The position numbers and the translations under genes are program-made. Below are positions 48,176 to 57,581 of a stretch of 61,803 nt of DNA, one piece after another. The notes beneath the pieces were generated by a model, which saw nothing but the letters and a program-made list of their open reading frames with translations, ran no database searches and was not told the DNA's origin. The stretch is from an uncultured Oscillospiraceae bacterium (GTDB taxonomy: Bacteria > Bacillota > Clostridia > Oscillospirales > Acutalibacteraceae). Every line of letters starts with the position of its first letter. Within the stretch, counting starts at the first letter, position 1. The stretch is taken from the NCBI GenBank assembly GCA_902489335.1, contig CABTZO010000001.1:1-61803 (forward strand). Direction: 5' to 3'.

Positions 48176-48913
48176 ATGCACACTTTATCAGAACTTAGAA
48201 TGTACGGCCGAAAAGCTTTAACGGGAAAATGGGTTCCTGCAACGTTCGTACTTTTTATAGCTTTTTTACTTGGGGCAAATCAATCTGATTTTTTTAATGT
48301 TTCGTACAGATCACATGACAAAATTTCAGATCAACTTGCAGCTTTAGACCTAAATTTGCCACCGGAAACACTAAAAGAATTAACTCTCTGGGTTTGGATT
48401 ATGGCTATTGCTCTTTCCCTTGTCGCAGTTGTTGTAGGCTCTGTTTTAAGAATCGGTCTTTCTAAATATTTTATAGATATGCAGGAAGGAAAAGAAGTAT
48501 CCTTTAAAACAATAACAGAACCGTTTTCAAATCAATATGTTCAAGCCGTCGTTGCAAGAATTCTTGTCAACGTCTTGACAACTATAGGAATATTTTTACT
48601 TATTTTCCCGGGAATAATTATATCTTATGGTCTTGCTTTAGTACCATATTTAATGGCTGATGATCCAACTTTGTCCGCAATCGACGCAATGAAAAAGTCC
48701 TGGGAACTCATGCGAGGTCAAAAATTAAGATTGTTCACTCTTCGGCTTTCGTTCATAGGCTGGATTTTACTTGCTCTTCTTTTCTTTTTTGCAATCATTC
48801 CGATATATGTAGTTGCTACATATATGGAATCTACAATGGCAGCATTTTATTTAGAAGTTGTCGGAGCAAATTTAGAAAAAGACGGCGTAGTTGACGTTGA
48901 AATCGTTCAATAA
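48176..48913 (+). CDS. DUF975-like integral membrane protein
   Basis: RBS AAGGAGG. The N-terminus (L.ELR..GR.AL.GKW) and the TM pattern are typical of the DUF975 family. Confidence 0.6.
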   Translation: MHTLSELRMYGRKALTGKWVPATFVLFIAFLLGANQSDFFNVSYRSHDKISDQLAALDLNLPPETLKELTLWVWIMAIALSLVAVVVGSVLRIGLSKYFIDMQEGKEVSFKTITEPFSNQYVQAVVARILVNVLTTIGIFLLIFPGIIISYGLALVPYLMADDPTLSAIDAMKKSWELMRGQKLRLFTLRLSFIGWILLALLFFFAIIPIYVVATYMESTMAAFYLEVVGANLEKDGVVDVEIVQ

Positions 48914-48921
48914 AAAACCCC

Positions 48922-48952
48922 AAAAAAAGCAGTGCCAGGCACTGCTTTTTTT
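48922..48952. terminator. Bidirectional intrinsic terminator
   Basis: aaaaaaagcagtgcc-a-ggcactgcttttttt lies between convergent genes. Confidence 0.8.
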
Positions 48953-50723
48953 ATTTCTCTTCTTTTATTTTAATTGCAAGTTCGTCAAGTTGTTCTTCGG
49001 AAATCTCTGACGGACAGTTTGTCATCGCTTCTGTTGCGTTTTGTAGTTTCGGATAGGCAATTACTTCTCTTAAACTTTCAAGTCCGAGCATTTGCATAAC
49101 CAGTCTGTCCAGACCCAGTCCGATTCCACCGTGAGGCGGAGCTCCGTATTTAAATGCTTCTAGCAAAAATCCGAATTTCTCGGTATATTCTTCTTTACTC
49201 ATACCAAGCAAAGTGAAAATTTTATTTTGAAGAATCGGATCTGTAATTCTTATTGAACCACTGGCAATTTCAACTCCGTCAATTACCAAATCATAAGCTC
49301 TTGCTTTTAATTTGCTTTTATCACAGCTCAGTAAATCTTCGTCCTTATCAAGTTTTGGACAAGTAAAAGGATGATGGGCGGCTTCATATTCGCCTTTATC
49401 GTTGAGCTCAAAAAACGGAAATTCGGTAACCCAAAGGGCCTGCACTTCATCGCTGTAAAGATTTAACTTTTTGGCGATGAAGGTTCTTAAGTATCCGAGA
49501 ATAGAAAGGGCAAGGGATTTGGACGGGTCACTTATAAACAAAACAACATCAGAAGCTTTGGCATCCGTTGCCTTTATGAATTCATCTAATTTTTCGTCTT
49601 TTAAGAATTTAGCAAAGGGTGAGGAAACCTCTCCGTTTTCATCAATTCGTATAAACGCAAGTCCTTTAGCGCCTATTCCCTTTAACTCTGTTTCAATTTT
49701 GGAAATTTCTTTTCTGGAAAGTTCGCTATAAGCTCCCGTTATGTTAATTGCTCCGATAAACCCGTTGTCGTTTGCGGCGTTTTCAAAAACTCCAAATCCA
49801 CAGTCTTTTGAGAGTTCCGTCAGATCCTTTATTTCCAAGCCATATCTTAAATCAGGTTTATCAGATCCGTACTTTGACATACTCTCGTCATAGGTCATTC
49901 TTCTTAACGGAAGTTTGATTTCTTTATCCAAAACTTCTTCATACAGAGTCTTGATAAAACCCTCAATGAGAGACATTATGTCGTTTTCTTTGACAAATGA
50001 CATCTCAACATCAATTTGTGTAAACTCAGGTTGTCTGTCGGCTCTTAAATCTTCATCTCTAAAACATCTTGCAATCTGCATATATCTGTCAAAACCCGCA
50101 ACCATTGAAAGCTGCTTGTAAAGTTGTGGAGATTGAGGCAGTGCATAAAAGCTTCCGTTATGAAGTCTTGACGGAACAACAAAATCTCGAGCACCCTCCG
50201 GAGTAGATTTAATAAGCATCGGTGTTTCTATTTCGATAAAACCATTTTTATCAAAATAATCGCGCGTTATTTTTGCAATTTTATGTCTCTGTAAAATATT
50301 GTTTTGCAGACAAGGTCTTCTCAAATCTAAGTATCTGTATTTTAGACGAGTATTTTCTGAAGCCTTTGTATCATCTGTAATATCAAAGGGCAAAACTTCA
50401 GATTTATTTAACACTTCAATAGTTTCAACATCAAGTTCAACATCACCCGTCTTGATGTTCGGATTTTTTGAAGAACGTTCTCTGATTACACCGGTTGCAT
50501 AGATTACAAACTCATGCCGTAGCTTCAGTGCAACATCAAAAACCTCTCTCGGAGTATTGTCATCAAAAGAAAGTTGTAAAATACCGCTTCGATCTCTTAA
50601 ATCAACAAAAATAAGATTGCCCAAATCTCTGTTTTTTGAAACCCAACCATATACCGCAACCTTTTTACCGATATCTTCGGAATTAAAGTCTCCAAGATAT
50701 TTATATCTGTCTTCATACATCAT
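48951..50723 (-). CDS. aspS: Aspartate--tRNA ligase
   Basis: 590 aa. OB-fold N-terminus and class II motifs (FRDEDLRADRQPEFTQ, GGIGLGLDRL). The ATG overlaps the hisS TGA (ATGA). Confidence 0.95.
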   Translation of the reverse strand: MMYEDRYKYLGDFNSEDIGKKVAVYGWVSKNRDLGNLIFVDLRDRSGILQLSFDDNTPREVFDVALKLRHEFVIYATGVIRERSSKNPNIKTGDVELDVETIEVLNKSEVLPFDITDDTKASENTRLKYRYLDLRRPCLQNNILQRHKIAKITRDYFDKNGFIEIETPMLIKSTPEGARDFVVPSRLHNGSFYALPQSPQLYKQLSMVAGFDRYMQIARCFRDEDLRADRQPEFTQIDVEMSFVKENDIMSLIEGFIKTLYEEVLDKEIKLPLRRMTYDESMSKYGSDKPDLRYGLEIKDLTELSKDCGFGVFENAANDNGFIGAINITGAYSELSRKEISKIETELKGIGAKGLAFIRIDENGEVSSPFAKFLKDEKLDEFIKATDAKASDVVLFISDPSKSLALSILGYLRTFIAKKLNLYSDEVQALWVTEFPFFELNDKGEYEAAHHPFTCPKLDKDEDLLSCDKSKLKARAYDLVIDGVEIASGSIRITDPILQNKIFTLLGMSKEEYTEKFGFLLEAFKYGAPPHGGIGLGLDRLVMQMLGLESLREVIAYPKLQNATEAMTNCPSEISEEQLDELAIKIKEEK

Positions 50724-51985
50724 AAGATTTTCATCACCTGTTCAATAATATCACAAAACGCAAACTCCTGTTCTTGTTTTGTCTGCATATTTTTTATTTT
50801 AGCTCTGCCGTTTTTCAGTTCTTCTTCTCCGACAACAATAAGATTTTTTGCACCTATTTTATCGGCAAATTTAAGTTGAGCTTTCAAGGATCTGTTATTC
50901 AAGTCTATTTGAGTTTGAATGCCTTGATAACGCAAATCATTTGCTATTTCGATCACAAATGCTTTTGCCTCTTCTCCGACATAGGCAATAAATAAATCTG
51001 TTTTGTCATCGTCGGGAATTTTAAAGTTATGTTCTTTTAATAACAACAGAAATCTTTCCATTCCCATTGCAAATCCTAAGGCGGGGATTTTCTTGTCGCC
51101 GATTTCTTCGGACAATCCGTCATATCTTCCGCCACCCAAGACGGTGGATTTTGCACCTATATCTCCAGATACAAATTCAAATACAACACCGTTATAATAA
51201 TCAAGTCCTCTGACTATAGTAGGATCTACAACATAATCTATTTCCATATTTTCAAGATAAGACTTAAGTTTTGTCAAATCATCTTTACATTTATCGCAGA
51301 GATAATCTGTAATTTTCGGTGCATCTTTTGCAAGCTTTGCACAGCTTTCAACTTTACAATCCAAAAGTCGAAGCGGATTTTTTTCGAGTCTGTTTTTGCA
51401 ATCTTCACAGAGCTCATCAGTATGATCTTTAAAATAATCGACCAAAGCTTTTTTATATTGCGGTCTGCAATCCTTACAACCGATTGAATTGATTCGAAGC
51501 TCAATGTCTTCAATATCAAAATAATCGAAAATATTATTTGCCAATGAAATTATTTCAGCGTCCGCCGAGATATCTTCCGCTCCGAGACACTCTATTCCGA
51601 ATTGATGAAATTCTCTGAGTCTGCCGGCCTGCGGTCTCTCATATCTGTAACAGGCAATATTATAATAATATTTTGAGGGCAAGGTCTGATTGAAAATACC
51701 GTGTTCCAAAAAAGCTCGCATCACCCCTGCCGTTCCTTCAGGACGAAGAGTCAGACTTCTGTCGGATTTATCGTTGAATGTATACATTTCCTTTGTTACA
51801 ACATCACTGGTCTGACCTACCGACCTGGAAAAAAGCTCGGTGTGTTCAAATACGGGAAGAATGATTTCGTTGTATCCGAAATCCCTTGCTATACTTGATA
51901 TTATCGATTCTACAAATCGAAATTCGTAGGCTTCTTTAGAAAACAAGTCAGATGTTCCCTTTACAGCCTTTGTTAATAATTTCAT
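50720..51985 (-). CDS. hisS: Histidine--tRNA ligase
   Basis: Motifs LRPEGTAGV, YRYERPQAGRLREFHQ and GGGRYD are present. Confidence 0.95.
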   Translation of the reverse strand: MKLLTKAVKGTSDLFSKEAYEFRFVESIISSIARDFGYNEIILPVFEHTELFSRSVGQTSDVVTKEMYTFNDKSDRSLTLRPEGTAGVMRAFLEHGIFNQTLPSKYYYNIACYRYERPQAGRLREFHQFGIECLGAEDISADAEIISLANNIFDYFDIEDIELRINSIGCKDCRPQYKKALVDYFKDHTDELCEDCKNRLEKNPLRLLDCKVESCAKLAKDAPKITDYLCDKCKDDLTKLKSYLENMEIDYVVDPTIVRGLDYYNGVVFEFVSGDIGAKSTVLGGGRYDGLSEEIGDKKIPALGFAMGMERFLLLLKEHNFKIPDDDKTDLFIAYVGEEAKAFVIEIANDLRYQGIQTQIDLNNRSLKAQLKFADKIGAKNLIVVGEEELKNGRAKIKNMQTKQEQEFAFCDIIEQVMKIL

Positions 51986-52320
51986 ATAATCTCCGTTATC
52001 AAATAAATAATTATTGTCACCGCAAGTATTATAGCAAAAAAGGAAGTTGTCGCAATTACTCTTTTCTTAAAGCGTGCTCTTTTTTTATTAAGCAAACAGT
52101 CCTCGCAAATTGTTTCGTTGTCCTTTGGCAAGAATTTTTCACCGCAAACTTCACAATCTTGATACTCTGAGGCTTGTCTGTAAAGTTCAGCCTTTTCCTC
52201 TTTTGCGCTTTTCATAAACTCGTTCCAGTCATCAGTATCTGACTTTTTGAGCATTATGTCTACTTGCGCTTGCATTAAATTTTTAAGATTTTCTAACTCG
52301 TCTTTATTATCTGTATTCAT
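51982..52320 (-). CDS. Small tail-anchored protein with CxxC...CxxC zinc ribbon
   Basis: 112 aa with a coiled-coil-like N-terminus, CEVCG...CEDC and a C-terminal TM segment. It has 4-nt overlaps with both neighbouring genes. Confidence 0.5.
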   Translation of the reverse strand: MNTDNKDELENLKNLMQAQVDIMLKKSDTDDWNEFMKSAKEEKAELYRQASEYQDCEVCGEKFLPKDNETICEDCLLNKKRARFKKRVIATTSFFAIILAVTIIIYLITEII

Positions 52321-53714
52321 TTTTCGTCTTTGAAATATTCGTAAAATCCCTTATATGCCATATATACATCAAGTTTGGAAACAACTTCAAAGGGAGAATG
52401 CATAGACAATACCGGTACTCCGACATCTACTACATCAACATTTAAGTTTGCAATATATTTTGCAACTGTTCCGCCGCCGCCGATATCAACTTTACCGAGT
52501 TCTCCGGTTTGATAACAAACTTCATTCTTATCGAATATATTCATTACATATCCCATATATTCCGCACTTGCGTCCGAAGTTCCGCTCTTTCCGCCACCAC
52601 CGGTGTATTTAGTGATTACAATTCCTCTGTTGATATATGAAGAATTCTTCTTCTCCATAACATCGGGGAAAGTCGGATCAAAGGCGGAATTGACATCAGC
52701 TGAAAGGCAGGTAGATTTTGACAGAACCTCTCCGACAGAAAGTCCGTTTTCTCTTGCAATTTCTTCTATGAAATAATACATAAACAAAGATTTCATTCCT
52801 GTATTGCCGTCGCTTCCGATTTCCTCTTTATCGGCGAGAACGGTTATACAAGTGTATTCCGGATTATTCAAATCTAAAATAGCCTGCAATGCGGGATAAG
52901 CACAAACTCTGTCGTCGTGACCGTATCCGCCTATCATGCTGCGATCAAAACCAATATCTCTAACTTCAAACGCAGGAACAAGACACAACTCTGCCCTTAA
53001 AAAATCTTTTTCTGTTATATCATATTTTTCATTCAACAGTTTGAGAATGTTTAGTTTAACGAGTTCTGTTTCTTCTTCGTCGCAGTCAAGCGGGCGACTT
53101 CCTATAAGAATATTTAACTCCTCTCCTTTGATTCCTTCGGAAAGAGTTCTCTTCATCTGTTCTTTGCCTAAATGAGGAAGCAGATCCGTAATTACAAATT
53201 GCGGGTCGTTTTTATCTTCACCGATATTTACTTCAATCTCCGATAAATCTTCTCTTATTATTTTTCCGTGCAAAGAAAGCGGTATCGTCGTCCATTGATA
53301 TTTCTTAATTCCGCCATAATAATGTGTTTTGAATAAAGCAAGCTCCGTATCCTCATAAACGGGATTGGGTTTTAAGTCTATTCTCGGTGAATCAATATGT
53401 GCGGCGGAAATCTTAACACCATTTTCGAGTGAATTTTTTCCAAAAACACAAAGTAGAACCGACTTGTTTCTATTATTTACATAAACTTTATCTCCGGGAT
53501 GATAAGTTTTTGTCTTATCAAATTCTGTAAAACCTGCAAGTTTTGCTTTATATAAAGCTAAATCACAGACTTCTCTTTCAGTCTTTGCCTTTTGCAGAAA
53601 AGCTTTATATTCTTCACAAAAATCATCAGCCTTTTCTTGAACCTGTTCATTTGTAATTTTTGAAACATGTTTGCTTTCATAAAAAAGTTTTTCTTTTAAT
53701 TCTTTATTATTCAT
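52317..53714 (-). CDS. M18-family aminopeptidase
   Basis: Motifs AHIDSPRIDLKPNP, GYGHDDRVC, ADKEEIGS and LSMHSPFE are present. Confidence 0.85.
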   Translation of the reverse strand: MNNKELKEKLFYESKHVSKITNEQVQEKADDFCEEYKAFLQKAKTEREVCDLALYKAKLAGFTEFDKTKTYHPGDKVYVNNRNKSVLLCVFGKNSLENGVKISAAHIDSPRIDLKPNPVYEDTELALFKTHYYGGIKKYQWTTIPLSLHGKIIREDLSEIEVNIGEDKNDPQFVITDLLPHLGKEQMKRTLSEGIKGEELNILIGSRPLDCDEEETELVKLNILKLLNEKYDITEKDFLRAELCLVPAFEVRDIGFDRSMIGGYGHDDRVCAYPALQAILDLNNPEYTCITVLADKEEIGSDGNTGMKSLFMYYFIEEIARENGLSVGEVLSKSTCLSADVNSAFDPTFPDVMEKKNSSYINRGIVITKYTGGGGKSGTSDASAEYMGYVMNIFDKNEVCYQTGELGKVDIGGGGTVAKYIANLNVDVVDVGVPVLSMHSPFEVVSKLDVYMAYKGFYEYFKDEK

Positions 53715-55317
53715 TTAATCCTCCTATTTTATCTATTATATTCAATGTTTCTTTTTTCAAATTATAAACATCTTTGTCGTTATGCAAAACAAAGTCACTT
53801 TTTTTAATATATTCGTTTTCGCAAAATTGAATTTTCGCTCTTTCTTCTGCCTGTTTTTGAGTTATATTATCTCGTTTCATTATTCTTTCAAGTCTTCGCT
53901 GCTCGTTAGCGGTAACGCATACAGTATAGTTGCAAGTCTTATCAGCTTTGCTTTCAAAAAGAGCGGCTGCGTCAATTAAAAATTTATGATAACCGAAAGT
54001 CGATTTTTTTTGAATAAGGCGGTTTATTTCTTCTGTTATTCGAGGGAACATGATTTTATTGAGTTTATCTTTATTTTCTTTTGACGAAAAAGCAAGGTCT
54101 GCAAGTTTTTGTCTGTTGGATTTTGAGTTTTCACTCATATCCACACCAAAAGTATCATCTATTTTTGCTTGTATATACTTCTCTTCCATTACTTTTCTTG
54201 CAATTTTATCGGCATCAATTACATAAAAGCCATCTTGTTTAAAAATTTCAGACACTGTTGTCTTACCTGACCCTGTAGGTCCTGTCAAACCGATTATCAA
54301 GTTTTCCTGTTTAATAACTTTAAATGCGGCAGCTCTTAAAAGTCTGTTATACACGGCAAGCCCTTTGCCGAATTTTTCGCCAATGCGAAAATATATTTCT
54401 TCGAAACCTTTTTCGTCGGCGTATCTTAAAACAGAAAATAATCTGTGTGCTTTTTCTTCGTTGTTTGCATATTCACCATATTCAATAAAATCGTTCTTAA
54501 GGTATTCTCCTTCTCCCTTAAAGCATACGGCTAAAGCATTTTGCTTTTTACTCATTAAATTTCTAAAAAAATCAAAATCAGAATCGACCAAATAGACATC
54601 TGCTTTTGGACTATAATGTTTGTATTTGACGCCCGGAGATAAGATCTTTGAATCTTTTGTCGGCGGGTTAAAAACCAGAGAGTCAACGATCACTTCTTTA
54701 TTTGTAACCGATTCAATCTCTTCTTTTGAAATTATCCCCGGCCTTAAAATTTTAATGCAATTTTCCCCTACCGATATAACGGTTGATTCAACACCGACCT
54801 CACATTCACCGTCATCAACGACGGCGGCAATTTTCCCGTTTAAGTCCTCGATCACCGTTTTTGCGTCTGTCGGACTCGGTCTTCCCGAAATATTTGCAGA
54901 GGGGGCGGCAAGAGGTTTACCTGATTTTTCAATTATCTTTAATGTTGTGCTGTTATTAGGCATACGAATACCCACAGAATCAAGTCCCGCACTGACATTG
55001 TCCGCAACTGTTTTATTTGACTTGAAAATTATTGTAAGTGGGCCGGGCCAGAATGCTTCTATCAACTTTTTTTCTGTATCATCTGTTTTTACAACAAGTT
55101 TTTTTAATTGCTCAAAGTTTGAAACGTGGACGATGAGGGGATTATCTTGAGGTCTGCCCTTTGCTTTGAAAATCTTTTCAACCGCATTTTTGTTGGTTGC
55201 ATCAGCAGCAAGGCCATAAACGGTTTCCGTTGGTATTGCAACAACTTCTCCGTCAGCCAACAGCTTTGCGGCTTTTTTTATATCTTCTTCATTTTTTGAA
55301 AGCAAAAGTGTTTCCAT
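53707..55317 (-). CDS. Fusion: L-threonylcarbamoyladenylate synthase (Sua5/TsaC2, YrdC plus SUA5 domains) and dephospho-CoA kinase (CoaE)
   Basis: N-terminus carries PTETVYGLAADA, KGRPQDNPLIVH and KHYSP. From about residue 335 it carries IIGLTGPTGSGKTTVSEIF...VIDADKIAR and the rest of a CoaE fold. Confidence 0.85.
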   Translation of the reverse strand: METLLLSKNEEDIKKAAKLLADGEVVAIPTETVYGLAADATNKNAVEKIFKAKGRPQDNPLIVHVSNFEQLKKLVVKTDDTEKKLIEAFWPGPLTIIFKSNKTVADNVSAGLDSVGIRMPNNSTTLKIIEKSGKPLAAPSANISGRPSPTDAKTVIEDLNGKIAAVVDDGECEVGVESTVISVGENCIKILRPGIISKEEIESVTNKEVIVDSLVFNPPTKDSKILSPGVKYKHYSPKADVYLVDSDFDFFRNLMSKKQNALAVCFKGEGEYLKNDFIEYGEYANNEEKAHRLFSVLRYADEKGFEEIYFRIGEKFGKGLAVYNRLLRAAAFKVIKQENLIIGLTGPTGSGKTTVSEIFKQDGFYVIDADKIARKVMEEKYIQAKIDDTFGVDMSENSKSNRQKLADLAFSSKENKDKLNKIMFPRITEEINRLIQKKSTFGYHKFLIDAAALFESKADKTCNYTVCVTANEQRRLERIMKRDNITQKQAEERAKIQFCENEYIKKSDFVLHNDKDVYNLKKETLNIIDKIGGLNE

Positions 55318-56393
55318 TAAAGTTTTTCTGCCTCTGTCTGAATTTTTTTTGCAGTGTCAGCCATAGATAAAGCGTCGATAAGTTCGTCCAAATCTCCGTT
55401 TAATATTTCTTCAATCTTGTATAAAGTTAAGTTTATTCTGTGGTCACTGACTCTGCCTTGTGGAAAATTATATGTCCTGATTCTCTCCGAACGATCCCCT
55501 GTTCCGACTTGCGAACGCCTTTCACTTGCAATTTCTGCAGCCTGTTTTGCAAGTTCGGCTTCATACAGACGCGAACGCAAAATTTTAAGTGCTCTGTCCT
55601 TATTTTTGTGCTGAGATCTTTCATCTTGACACTCAACTACGGTTCCGGTCGGAATGTGAGTTATTCTAATTGCGGAGTCTGTTTTATTAACATGCTGTCC
55701 GCCCGCTCCGCTTGCTCTGTATGTATCAATTTGCAAATCGTCCATATTTATATGAAAATCAATCTCTTCCGCTTCCGGCAAAACTGCTACCGTAACCGTG
55801 GAAGTGTGAATTCTGCCGCCGGACTCCGTTTCCGGTACTCGTTGAACCCTATGAACTCCACTCTCAAACTTAAATCGGGAATACGCTCCGTTTCCCGAAA
55901 CTTCCATTGTGAGCTCTTTTATACCCCCGAGACCGGTTTCATTTGAGTTTAGGACTTCTGTTTTATAACCGAGATTGTCGGAATACATTGAATACATTCT
56001 ATAAAGAGAGGCTGCAAATAAAGCGGCTTCTTCTCCGCCGGCTCCGGCTCTGATTTCGATAATAACATTTTTTTCGTCGTTCGGATCCGTGGGCAATAAT
56101 AAAATTTCAATTTTTTCTTTTAATGATTCTGCCTGTTCTTTGCTTTCTGTAAGTTGTAAGTCTGCCAAGTCTTTTAGTTCTTTGTCTTTAGATTCATTTA
56201 AAATTTTCTCCGCTTCTTTTATGCGATCAAGTTCGGTCAAATATTTTCTAAAATTCTCAACCAAAGGCTGAAGCTTTTTTTCCTCTTTAAGCAAGGCCGT
56301 ATATCTCGGAATATCGGCAATGATTTCAGGATCACAAATTTGTTTTTGAATTTCAATATAGGTTTTTTCAATTTCTTCAAGTTTATCAAGCAT
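55317..56393 (-). CDS. prfA: Peptide chain release factor 1
   Basis: GGQ motif ([21 protein letters not shown]) and the RF1 PxT tripeptide (PET in VQRVPETE). Confidence 0.96.
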   Translation of the reverse strand: MLDKLEEIEKTYIEIQKQICDPEIIADIPRYTALLKEEKKLQPLVENFRKYLTELDRIKEAEKILNESKDKELKDLADLQLTESKEQAESLKEKIEILLLPTDPNDEKNVIIEIRAGAGGEEAALFAASLYRMYSMYSDNLGYKTEVLNSNETGLGGIKELTMEVSGNGAYSRFKFESGVHRVQRVPETESGGRIHTSTVTVAVLPEAEEIDFHINMDDLQIDTYRASGAGGQHVNKTDSAIRITHIPTGTVVECQDERSQHKNKDRALKILRSRLYEAELAKQAAEIASERRSQVGTGDRSERIRTYNFPQGRVSDHRINLTLYKIEEILNGDLDELIDALSMADTAKKIQTEAEKL

Positions 56394-56581
56394 TGTTAAT
56401 CTTTTCTTTTCCTTTTTATTATTAAAAAATTATAACATAAAGATTATAACTTTTCATCATTATAGCTTTGAGGATTAAATGACAGAATAAAATACAAACA
56501 ATATTTATAAATATATTTATTTTCTTTAAAATTTGATTTATCTTAATCTTATATGCTTGTTCAAAATGTTACACTCATTTC

Positions 56582-56610
56582 TTGTAAACTTAATATACTT
56601 TTGTTATAAT
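56582..56610 (+). promoter_or_regulatory. Sigma-A promoter of nadABC (TTGTAA-17 nt-TGtTATAAT)
   Basis: -35 element at 56582-56587, -10 element at 56605-56610, RBS AGGGGGA upstream of the ATG at 56639. Confidence 0.55.
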
Positions 56611-56638
56611 TTCATACAAATTTAGGGGGAATTGTCCT

Positions 56639-57562
56639 ATGAATCTTAACGATATACAAAAAGAAATAATAAAATTAAAAAAAGAAACGGACACAGTAAT
56701 TTTAGCTCACACATACCAAAATCCCGAAATAATAAATATTGCCGACTATGTTGGGGACAGTTTTGCGCTTGCAAAAGACGCAACAAAAATCACGGCAAAG
56801 AGAGTAATTATGTGCGGTGTTAGATTTATGGGTGAAACCGTAAAGATTTTATCTCCTGATAAAACCGTTATAATGCCTACCGCTGATGCTCTTTGTCCTA
56901 TGGCAGAAATGATAAATCCCGAAGAAATAAAGAAATTCAAAAAAGAAAACCCGGATTACAGCGTAGTTTGCTATATAAACACAACTGCCGAAACAAAGGC
57001 TGTCTGTGATGTTTGCGTTACTTCGTCAAGTGCGATCAGAATTATCAAAGCTATGAACAAAGACAAGATTTTATTTGTGCCTGATAAAAATTTGGGCGGA
57101 TTTATTCAAAAATCTTTTCCCGAAAAAGAGATTGTCCTGATGAATGGATATTGTCCCGTTCATAACAGTCTCAGTGCTTCAGATGTTATTAAGGCAAAAA
57201 AAGAACATCCAAAAGCTTTGTTTACCGTTCATCCCGAAGCTCCCGATGAAGTTGTTAAACTTGCCGATCATGTCGGCTCTACCAGTGCTATAATAGACTT
57301 CATTAAAAATAATCCCGATAAACAAATAATTATAGGCACGGAAATGGGAGTATACGAAAACCTAAAACAAACAGATAAGAATCCAAATCGTCTTATTCAA
57401 CTTCGTCCGGATCTTATGCTTTGTGATGATATGAAAAAAATCACATTAGAAAATATTTTGTCGATATTCAAAGATGATTCCGGATTTGAAATAAGCTTAA
57501 ATGAAGAGCTCAGAAAAAGAGCTCTTGTCTGCATAGAAAATATGTTATCATACGGAAATTAA
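56639..57562 (+). CDS. nadA: Quinolinate synthase
   Basis: 307 aa with ILAHTYQ, VGDSFALA and conserved Cys residues (ALCPMA, GYCPVH, LMLCDDM). Confidence 0.93.
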   Translation: MNLNDIQKEIIKLKKETDTVILAHTYQNPEIINIADYVGDSFALAKDATKITAKRVIMCGVRFMGETVKILSPDKTVIMPTADALCPMAEMINPEEIKKFKKENPDYSVVCYINTTAETKAVCDVCVTSSSAIRIIKAMNKDKILFVPDKNLGGFIQKSFPEKEIVLMNGYCPVHNSLSASDVIKAKKEHPKALFTVHPEAPDEVVKLADHVGSTSAIIDFIKNNPDKQIIIGTEMGVYENLKQTDKNPNRLIQLRPDLMLCDDMKKITLENILSIFKDDSGFEISLNEELRKRALVCIENMLSYGN

Positions 57563-57581
57563 ACAAAGGACCGAATTTTTT

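Noticed and set aside
54620-55946. Long plus-strand ORFs (176 aa at 54620-55150; 168 aa at 55440-55946) antisense to sua5-coaE and prfA.
   Set aside because: They are shadow ORFs inside strongly conserved minus-strand genes. They have Ser/Phe/Leu-rich low-complexity translations, no RBS and no recognisable motifs.
56394-56638. Possible NAD+ riboswitch or other structured leader upstream of nadA.
   Set aside because: The best promoter lies only ~30 nt from the ATG. The region is almost pure AT with no conserved stems, so there is no room or signal for a riboswitch.
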